The position numbers and the translations under genes were made by a program. Below the pieces are notes generated by a model. That model worked only from the letters and a program-made list of their open reading frames with translations. It was not told where the DNA came from and did not search any database. From the NCBI GenBank assembly GCA_038144595.1, contig JAYQOB010000006.1, positions 68,013 to 132,012 on the forward strand: 64,000 nt of DNA, read 5' to 3'. This DNA comes from Candidatus Poseidoniales archaeon. GTDB taxonomy: Archaea; Thermoplasmatota; Poseidoniia; Poseidoniales; Poseidoniaceae. Each line of letters begins with the position of its first letter. Within the stretch, counting starts at the first letter, position 1. Below, piece after piece: positions 9,468 through 17,700 of the stretch.

Positions 9468-10712
9468 TCACCCCTTAACGCCTCCAGCGGACAGTCCCTC
9501 GATGAGGAACTTCTGGAAGAACAGGAACAGCAAGGCCACCGGCAAACTCACCAGGAGGCTGGCCGCAGCAAAATCGCCCCACGCTTGGCCCGTGCTGGAG
9601 ATCATCGATGCCAGACCAACCGGCAACGTGTACATGTCGTTGGACGTGTTGAACGTCAAAGCCAGCAGGAATTCGTTCCATGCTGCGAGGAAACTGAAGA
9701 GCGCCGTGACCGCAACGGCCGGCAACGAGAGGGGCAGCACCACTTTGGTGAACACCTGAAACTGGTTGCAGCCGTCCAACAACGCAGCCTCTTCGAGTTC
9801 CCGGGGCACGGTATCAAAGAAGCCTTTCAGCATCCACACGCACAGCGGAAGGGCCGTGACACAGTAGGCGAGAATGAGGCCCAGGTGAGAATTCAACAGG
9901 CCGAGCGATTTCATCACCAAGAAGTACGGCACCAGGATGATGATGCCGGGGAACATTTGCACCAGCAAGAACGCAAACATGGACACGTCCCTGCCTGTGA
10001 ACTTGTAGCGACTGAACGCGTACCCGGCGGGAATGGCAACGACCAGCCCCAGCAGGGTGGTACCGATGCTCACGATGAGGGAATTGCGCATCCACGTCCA
10101 AAAGGCCTCGCTGCCCAGCATGTTGGAGAAATGTTCGGTGGTGTATGGTCCACCCAACGAGCCCCCGAGCGCATTGCCGGGGGAAAGAGCGATGTCAAGG
10201 ATCCATACGAGCGGAAGGAGGGTGAGGACCACGAAATGCAAGAGCACGAGGTGAGCCCCAAAGGCGTGGAAACGCGGTGCGAGGGATTGGTTCCTCGCCA
10301 ATCCGTATTCCACAGCACCGATGGAGAGGGAGCGCGTTGACCAGGCCGACACGGGGCGACCGGAAACCCAGAGAATGGTCAGGGCACCGGGTCCAACCAT
10401 CCAAGCATGCATCCAGCAGTCGAACAGGCTCATGGGCGTCTCAAGCAGACGAACCAAACCACACAACAACACGGCGCCGCCAAGCATCAAGGATTGGTTT
10501 CGAGAAGCAGGTTTCTGCTCCTGGGGGAGGGAGTTCAACAGGGCTCCCATCATCAAGACCCCAAGAACACCGATGAAGAAGGATTCACCACCGCGAAGCA
10601 CATCGACAGAGAGCAACATTACGTTGACCACCACGCTGACCAGCAGCCATCGCCGAAGGGTGGACACCTCAACGGGCGTGTACCAACGCCGAACCGTCTC
10701 GGGAGAAATCAT
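9468..10712 (-). CDS. malG: Maltose/maltodextrin-type ABC permease (MalG-like) with an N-terminal extension of about 130 aa carrying extra TM helices
   Basis: EAA loop: VPRELEEAALLDGCNQFQVFTKVVLPLSLPA. The ORF track starts at 10793, but ATG 10712 forms an ATGA overlap with the upstream stop (10709-10711), so it is preferred. Confidence 0.8.
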   Translation of the reverse strand: MISPETVRRWYTPVEVSTLRRWLLVSVVVNVMLLSVDVLRGGESFFIGVLGVLMMGALLNSLPQEQKPASRNQSLMLGGAVLLCGLVRLLETPMSLFDCWMHAWMVGPGALTILWVSGRPVSAWSTRSLSIGAVEYGLARNQSLAPRFHAFGAHLVLLHFVVLTLLPLVWILDIALSPGNALGGSLGGPYTTEHFSNMLGSEAFWTWMRNSLIVSIGTTLLGLVVAIPAGYAFSRYKFTGRDVSMFAFLLVQMFPGIIILVPYFLVMKSLGLLNSHLGLILAYCVTALPLCVWMLKGFFDTVPRELEEAALLDGCNQFQVFTKVVLPLSLPAVAVTALFSFLAAWNEFLLALTFNTSNDMYTLPVGLASMISSTGQAWGDFAAASLLVSLPVALLFLFFQKFLIEGLSAGGVKG

Positions 10713-13330
10713 ACCGTCGCCTCCGTTGCGTTCGTGCGCTTCATGTACGTCCAGGAGAACGCCAGCAACATCATGAAAATCACCACGGACCACGCAGCTG
10801 CTACGCCGTATGCACCGTCTCGGAAGGCCACATCGTAAACGTAGGTGATGAGAATGTCCGTCTGCCCGGGCTCACCAAAGTACAGGTCGGGACCGCCGTC
10901 GGTCAGGAGGTAAATGACGTTGAACATGTTGAACGTCCAGATAAATCCGAGCAACGACAGCGGCACAAGGGCGCTCTTGAGGTTCGGGAAGGTCAGATGA
11001 CGGAAGGTGTCCCACGAGCCTACCCCGTCGAGTTGGGCGGCTTCGTACATCTCCTTTGGCAGCGCCTGAAGGGCACCGCTGAGTGACATCATCATGAACG
11101 GAACGCCGAGCCAGATGTTGACGAAGATCACCACGAGTTGCGCCCCCGTGGGGTCGGCCAAGAATTGGAACTCGGTCCCGAGCACGTCGTTCACAAGACC
11201 CTCGGGTTGGAACATTCCCTTCCAAACGAGAACGGAGATGTAGGACGGGATGGCCCAAGGCAGGAGCAACACCGTGCGGTACACCGTGGTGCCACGAATG
11301 TTCGCACGGTGCAACACCAGGGCGAGGAAGAGCCCAAGGCCGATGTGAGCGGCCACGTTGCTGACCGTCCACACCAACGTGAACAGGGTCACCCGCAGGA
11401 AACCGGAGGAGGTGAACACATCGAGGAAATTGATCAGCCCGACAAACGATTCATCGCCCAGTCGCGTCGCATCGGCGTTGGTGAAGGAAAGCCAGAATCC
11501 GTAGAGCACGGGGTAGAAGGTCAAGACAGCAAGGGCCAGCATGGCCGGTGCAATGTAGGCGTGCGCAGAGCGAGCGTGAAGGCGACCCGCTTTGATGTCC
11601 ATGTAGCGACCGAAACTGAGCAGCGCCACCAGTGAAACAACGATGGCGCCCAAGGCAAACAGCACGGCAGAGGTGTCGCCGCTGGTGGGCACAACATCGC
11701 CCACCTCGGTGCTGAGTTCCTGACTCAACACGGTACCCGAGTCCCCTTCCACCTCTATCTGATGCAGCGTACCGGGCACCATACCGGTCAGGGAACATTC
11801 GATGACCGTGGCACCACTGGGGAGAAGGCGACTTGAGCCGACGTGCGGCATCTCCACTCCGTCGGCAAGACACGTGTCGTAGGCGGGCAGCAACGAGGGT
11901 ATGAGGACCTCAGATGAGAGACTTGAGTGGGTTTCTCCGTCAACAAGAACGGTGTACGTCAAGGAATCATCCGTGGTGAAATTCACCGTGATGGTTCGGT
12001 AGCCCTCGTTGTCCGGCGGCGGCGCCGCTCGCTCCAAGCCCTCCATTTCTTCGATGAGCGCTGCATTGGCTCCCGAGAGGGCTGCTTCAGCGGTGGCTGT
12101 TCCGGTGTAGACTTGCTCAAAGGCGGTGACCAAGGGACCGTAAACGAGCGCCATGCCACGCGTGGTGGGCGCCGGCGTACCAGCGTTCAACTGGTCCATG
12201 AACCCCGCCAGCACTTCATCAGCCCGAACCGCTTCATCCGCAGCCGCACCGAGGTGGGTTGGCAGGGTGTACGTCTCCAACGCAAACTGCTTCTGAACCT
12301 CTTCACTCGAGAGGAACAGCGCCAAATCCACCGCTGCTAATTTGTGGAGACTTTGTTTACTGACGGTCCAGCCTTTGTAGGTGACGAGCGGAGCCACCCG
12401 CTCCCCTGTCGTATCAATGACAGGAAGCATGGCTTGACCCACGTCCAACCGACTGGCTTCGTAGGTGGCCCAATTCCACGGACCGTCGACGATCATGGCG
12501 GCTTTGGAGCCGATAAACTGGTTTTTCATGCCCTCTGTTTGTGTGCCGGTGGCGACCACCTCGTGCTCCAATTCCAAGTCGAGCAACCAGTCCAAGGCAT
12601 CGGCAGAACCGTTGGAATCCAAGGTGGGGGAGCCGGATTCGTTGAAGAGCGACCCACCCCAGCCTGCTTGGAACCCAAACCACCAGTAGGCCGATTTGAC
12701 CGGTAACGCCAGCCCCTGAACGTCTTGAAAGGTCAGCGTTTGCGCCGCCTGCAGCAAGTCATTTTGCGTCCATGATGCGTCGGGGTAGTCAACGCCTCGT
12801 GCATCAAAAATGGCTTTGTTGTAAATCAACGAAAGGGCGTCCTGGCTCGCCGGCACGCCGTACAGGGCCTCGTCGTACCTCATCGCGTGAAGAGCACGCT
12901 CGTCAAATTGAGCACGTTGAACCGGGGTCAGGTGTGGACGAAGGTCCTCCAACAGGGGAAAACCGTCCACCCGCACCTCGCCGATGGCACCCAATTGGTC
13001 GCTCGAGAGCCGCATCAAATCAGGTGCTTCACCGCCTTGAGCAGCCGTCATGAACAGGTTGTCGGCATCGCCGAATGGTACCAGTGAGGCCTCCACCGTG
13101 ATGGTCGGATGAAGCGCCTCAAAAGCCTGGATGGAGGACAAAAAGACGTTCTCTTCCTTGCTTTCTGCCGCAAACGTGTGCCACACGGTGAGGGTGATCG
13201 GACCTTCATCGTCCACGGAGGTGGAGGTTGACTCGCTGCTACCCAAGCATCCGGCAAGGAAAACTGAGCCGATGAGCATGGCGAGCAAAGCGGCTCGCCG
13301 AGCCTCTCGACGGCATCGTGGACCCGCCAT
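10709..13330 (-). CDS. Fusion protein: lipobox-anchored MalE-like solute-binding domain + Ig-like spacer + MalF-like ABC permease
   Basis: Track start 13375 is TTG. ATG 13330 gives MAGPRCRREARRAALLAMLIGSVFLAGC (lipobox). Residues about 50-450 are SBP-like (ITLTVWHT..., PVKSAYWWFGFQAGWGG, DGPWNW). The C-terminal roughly 300 aa are MalF-like (FYPVLYGFWLSFTN, EAA loop LPKEMYEAAQLDGVGSWDTFRHLTFP). Confidence 0.8.
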   Translation of the reverse strand: MAGPRCRREARRAALLAMLIGSVFLAGCLGSSESTSTSVDDEGPITLTVWHTFAAESKEENVFLSSIQAFEALHPTITVEASLVPFGDADNLFMTAAQGGEAPDLMRLSSDQLGAIGEVRVDGFPLLEDLRPHLTPVQRAQFDERALHAMRYDEALYGVPASQDALSLIYNKAIFDARGVDYPDASWTQNDLLQAAQTLTFQDVQGLALPVKSAYWWFGFQAGWGGSLFNESGSPTLDSNGSADALDWLLDLELEHEVVATGTQTEGMKNQFIGSKAAMIVDGPWNWATYEASRLDVGQAMLPVIDTTGERVAPLVTYKGWTVSKQSLHKLAAVDLALFLSSEEVQKQFALETYTLPTHLGAAADEAVRADEVLAGFMDQLNAGTPAPTTRGMALVYGPLVTAFEQVYTGTATAEAALSGANAALIEEMEGLERAAPPPDNEGYRTITVNFTTDDSLTYTVLVDGETHSSLSSEVLIPSLLPAYDTCLADGVEMPHVGSSRLLPSGATVIECSLTGMVPGTLHQIEVEGDSGTVLSQELSTEVGDVVPTSGDTSAVLFALGAIVVSLVALLSFGRYMDIKAGRLHARSAHAYIAPAMLALAVLTFYPVLYGFWLSFTNADATRLGDESFVGLINFLDVFTSSGFLRVTLFTLVWTVSNVAAHIGLGLFLALVLHRANIRGTTVYRTVLLLPWAIPSYISVLVWKGMFQPEGLVNDVLGTEFQFLADPTGAQLVVIFVNIWLGVPFMMMSLSGALQALPKEMYEAAQLDGVGSWDTFRHLTFPNLKSALVPLSLLGFIWTFNMFNVIYLLTDGGPDLYFGEPGQTDILITYVYDVAFRDGAYGVAAAWSVVIFMMLLAFSWTYMKRTNATEATV

Positions 13331-13352
13331 GACCGCACGATGGCGATGGTGG

Positions 13353-13358
13353 ATTAAA
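13353..13358 (-). promoter_or_regulatory. TATA-like element (TTTAAT) about 25 nt upstream of the malEF ATG; suggests a leaderless transcript
   Basis: The minus strand reads tgTTTAATcc. Spacing to ATG 13330 matches the archaeal TATA-to-TSS distance. No SD lies in between. Confidence 0.35.
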
Positions 13359-13430
13359 CACCTTAGGCGTCTCAATTTCCGTCCACGGCAAAGCCCATCA
13401 GCGGCAAAATGGCCTGCAGGTCTTTGACGT

Positions 13431-14051
13431 TCACCACGGGTACACCGGCGGCTTCAAACGCTTCTTTGGAACTGTCTGGGTCGGATTGAATCCAATGAAC
13501 CGGCTGCCTTCGACCATCATGGACAAGTCCATTTCTGAGTCGCCGACGGAAACGCAGTCCTCTGCCTCAAGGTCGTTCATCTCCAGCAGACGTGAGATGA
13601 TGGCGCCTTTTCCACTGGCGTGGAGGCGGCATACACCCTCGTCCGTGAGGTAGCCCTCGTCGTCAAAGACGAACCCGTTGGCGATCCAATCATCCACCTT
13701 GAGCATGCTCGCAATGGAACTCACGAACAAGTCGACACCGGCGCTGACGATGGCTACGAAAACGCCAGCCTCTTGGAGGCGTTCGACGCACTCACGTGCA
13801 CCCGGCATCAGCTTGACACCGGCGTAGGCCCTGAACAACTCGTCCTGGTGGATGGGGTTTCTCACCGCCTTCCACATCTGGATGTCGGAGCGCATGAACT
13901 CAACGTCGCTGATCTCACCACGAATGAATCGAGTGAGGTTCACGGCGTTGTCCGTACCAAACGAGTCGTGCAGAGTCCTCCAGGAACTCACCGCATCAAC
14001 GAGCACCCCGTCGCAGTCAAAGACCACAACCTTGGGTTGTCCTTTAGCCAT
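13431..14051 (-). CDS. HAD-superfamily hydrolase/phosphatase
   Basis: Motif I is VVVFDCDGVLVD and motif IV is VGDSEMDLSMM. Start moved to ATG 14051, which is preceded by GGTGA (SD) 5 nt upstream. The track start 14093 adds an unlikely extension. Confidence 0.7.
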   Translation of the reverse strand: MAKGQPKVVVFDCDGVLVDAVSSWRTLHDSFGTDNAVNLTRFIRGEISDVEFMRSDIQMWKAVRNPIHQDELFRAYAGVKLMPGARECVERLQEAGVFVAIVSAGVDLFVSSIASMLKVDDWIANGFVFDDEGYLTDEGVCRLHASGKGAIISRLLEMNDLEAEDCVSVGDSEMDLSMMVEGSRFIGFNPTQTVPKKRLKPPVYPW

Positions 14052-14169
14052 GTGATTCACCAGGGGACTCTTCGACCGTAGCAAGCTCACCAAGGAGAGG
14101 AGGCCCCGAAGGGCCTCGCTCTCCGAGGCGGTCGTCCGAGGACGACGTCGCTTCGACGTCCGTCAGGCC

Positions 14170-14736
14170 TCAAGCCTTCTTGTCGTAGCTCAGGTCATCC
14201 CAAGTTCGGAGCAAAGCACCGTCTCCATTGATTGGAGCATAGCTCAGGGTGATCGTCACATCTTCAAGCGGCGTACCGTCAGGTGCGTGGGTTCGAACAA
14301 AGATCGTGTCTCCGGAGTTGAAGGTCGAAACCGACCGGGTCTCCGTTTCTGAGATTTGTTCCTTGGTCACCGAGTCCACGAAGGACACGAAGGCGTCGCT
14401 GTTGGCGGGGTTGAACCCGTACACACCGGCGCTGTCAGCCAAGTTCACCGAGTAGGTGTTGAGGGCACCCGTGGCGTTGGTGTAGAACACCTTCACCTCG
14501 ACGGCTTGCGTAGCAAGGGGCGTCTGGGATTGCTCAACGGTGATGCGCCAGTGGCCTTCATCAGCATCGAATCCGTTGACGTCTTCGATGTCGAAGGTGA
14601 CACGGGGCACGCCCTTCACGTCGGTTTCAGCCAGGCTGGAAGCCCACACGTAGATGACACCGGACAGCACCACGGTGATAGCGACCATCAGGATGGTAGC
14701 GATCACAGGGCTGACGGCTGCGTCGTCTTCAGCCAT
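14170..14736 (-). other. Archaeal type IV pilin-like module (class III signal motif + DUF1628-type domain), in frame at the 3' end of the giant ORF; possible nested CDS from ATG 14736
   Basis: MAEDDAAVSPVIATILMVAITVVLSGVIYVWASSLAETDVKGVPRVTFDIEDVNGFDADEGHWRITVEQ... (188 aa). It is preceded by the TM anchor APSIVAVALTGLFVSALSFAS and then RRADDEEDVES. GAGGA lies 10 nt upstream of ATG 14736. Confidence 0.7.
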
Positions 14737-17700
14737 CGACTCGACGTCCTCTTCGTCGTCAGCACGGCGGCTGGCGAAGGAGAGGGCACTGACGAAGAGA
14801 CCCGTGAGGGCCACAGCGACAATGCTTGGGGCGAACGATGGAACGGCGCTGGCACCGATGGTTTCCACAACGTCTGGCAGGAACTGGTCCGTGGCCAGGA
14901 AGTTGCTGGCTGGCTGGTTGGCGTGGTTACACACGTCAGCCGTAGCAAGCGAGGTCATGATGTTGTTACACCAGTTGGTGTCCTCGAGGAGCGGTCGGCG
15001 CTCGGAGGTCTTCGTGGCGTTCTTACCGTATTGACCGGGCTTGGACCATGGGTCGTCGCTCTGCACGTTGTTGATGATAGCGTAGTGCGATCCGGGCTCG
15101 TCGGCCTGGAAGCGGTCTGCAGCGGTCACCGACATGTCGCAGGGGTTGGCCAGACAGGTCACAACGTCCATCTCAACCCACACGTGGGTCGTGTCCTTTG
15201 TGATGTAGACATCCTCGGTGTACTTGACGCTGGCACCGTAGTCGGGCACAGCGTAGTAGCGAGTCAACTCAACATCGTCGTGTCCATCCGTGTGGTAGGT
15301 GATGGCCAGCATGTGGTCGTATCGGTATGGACCTTCGTCGCCACCGCCGTTGACGGCGACGGTGACCGGCACGTAGGTACCGGTCATGACGTTGGTGACA
15401 CCGTTGAAGCTGAAGCCCACCTCGTCGTCGAAGAAGTAGTCAGGCACTTGCTCACGGACGTTCTCAACACGGACACCGATTTCCTTCGTAGCCACACCTT
15501 GCTGGTAGTCAGCGATGGCCATCACGCTTGGGTCGTAGTTTGGCACGTACGTGTTGTACTCGCCCTGCGTGGTTGGGGCCGTTGGTGTGTCTCGGAGGAC
15601 CAAGCGGATCTGACAGTACTCAGAGCCGGATGGGCCAATCTGGTGGATACCGTTGTTGTTGAGGTAGTCGATCTCCCAGTCGTTGGCGTTGGTCGTAGCG
15701 TCCTCGATGAGGTCGAACACGAGGTCATCACCGACGATGGTCGTGGTGAAGTAGTTCGTGTAGACACACTGGTCCGTGGACTCAACCGTCCAGGTCAGGT
15801 CGTCGAGGTCGTGGTCAACGTCTGCCTTGATAGCGGACAGGTCGTAGGTCAAGTTCGCCACGTTCTCGTCATCTTCCATCAAGGAGATGGACCATGGGAG
15901 AGCGGGGATCGAACCGTTGTCAGCCACCATGACGGTGTCGGTCGTGCGGTTCCAGTCCTTGATGACCGGAGCGTCGTTGACAGGTGCAACCGAGAAAACC
16001 ACGTCGAAGGTGGTTGCATCTTGGTTTTCTGCGCCATCGTCAGCGAGACCGAGCGTGACCGTACACTTGCCACCCAACTCGTTGTTGGTGTTCTCGGTGA
16101 TGGCCAGCTCGTTGTTGAGGATGTCAACATCGAAGGCGGAACAGGCATCGCTGGTGCCGAAGTCAACAGCGCTGGCGGACCAGGTGTAGACTTGGCGGGT
16201 CGGTGCTTGCTCGTTGGCCATGTCACGGATGTAGGAACGGGTAGCGTTCGACACATCACCCAGGAACTTGGTGTGGGTACCGAAGCCTTCTGGGAGGATG
16301 TTGTAGTTGCCGTCGTCTTCGGAGAAGATCGGCATACAGTCGGAGCGCTCGACGTTACAGATGACAGGAGCGTCGTTGATGTTGTTCACCGTGAAGGTGA
16401 TGTTGTGGGTGTCGCTCAAGCCGTTGCTGTCCGTGACCTCGAAGGAGAACACTTGCGTACCGAATTGATCAACTCTGGGCGTGAAGGTCACGTCCTGACC
16501 GTTGAGCACGGCGTCCATGAGGTCGTCGTTGTTGAAGGCCACTTGGGTGCCCTCGGTCATGGTCCAGCTCAGCGAGGATTCCTCGTCCTGCACGTCATCA
16601 GCCAGGTTGGTCAGGCTGAAGGTGAAGGCGCCGGAGTCTTCGTCCTTGTCGAAGTCAACGAGTCCGTCGTCGGTGTTGGTTCCTTCCGTGTCGATCACTG
16701 GACAGGCACGCTTGATGTCAATCGTGCTCTGGACGTCGGTCGTGTCGCCGGTTCCAGCCACGTAGCTGTCGTCGAAGACGACGTTGGTGGCCATTGAGAT
16801 GTCCTCAACGACGGCCCAGTCGTAGGCACAAGCAGCTGGCGTCTTGATCATCAGGTCGTAGTTCTTCTGACCGGTGGCCGTGGTGCTGCCCTTGTAGGAC
16901 TGGTAGACCAGGACCTCAGAGGTCAAGGTTCCGTCAGCAAGGTCACCGTGGGTCAACTCGACGGTCATGAACTTGGACAGGCTCTGCAGGGTAGCAGAGG
17001 AGTTCAAGGTCTGACTTGGGTGAGCGATCGTGATGTCAGCCGTGGTTTCCTCTTGGACGATGGCCACGATGTCGATCTCGGATGGCATACCACCGATGCG
17101 GCTCCATGGGACACCGAACTCAGCGAGCGAAGTGGAGAAGTCCACGTCGATGTTGGCCGTGCTCAGGCTGGATGGACTCCAGCCGAGGAAGCCGTAGCTG
17201 TAGAGGTCGTAGGAACCTTCGCTGTCAGCCCACAACACGTAGTTTGCGTTGAACGGCAGTTCGTGTGCACCACCGAGGCCGTTGTAGCCGACATCGGAAC
17301 CACCGCTACCGGTGTTGAGGTAAATCAACACGTCCGAGTTGGACAGGTCGCTGTTGGTCATACCGAAGTAGATACCGTCGCCTTCGATGTAGGTCACCAG
17401 GAAGTCGTCGGTGCCGTCGCCGCTCATTACACCGGGCATAGCGTAGCCGGATGGGTTGAGGGCGTTGCCGCCGTTCCAGTCCTCGTCCGAGCCGTCCACC
17501 GTCATGGCTTCGGGTTGGAAGGAGGTCGAAACGTAGGAAGCACGCTCGTCGTCCGTGGAGGTCAGCAAGAGAGCGACCTCAGCAGCAGGAGCAGCACCCA
17601 AGTGGGTGGAGTCGATGCTCATGAGGTTGGCTTCGTCGATGACGGCCGAGCTGGCCACGACGATCTTGCTGCTGTCGAGGGTGTTGCCAATCGAGGTGAT

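Noticed and set aside
10713-10793. Longer MalG start at 10793
   Set aside because: It overlaps malEF by 85 nt. ATG 10712 forms the classic ATGA stop/start overlap.
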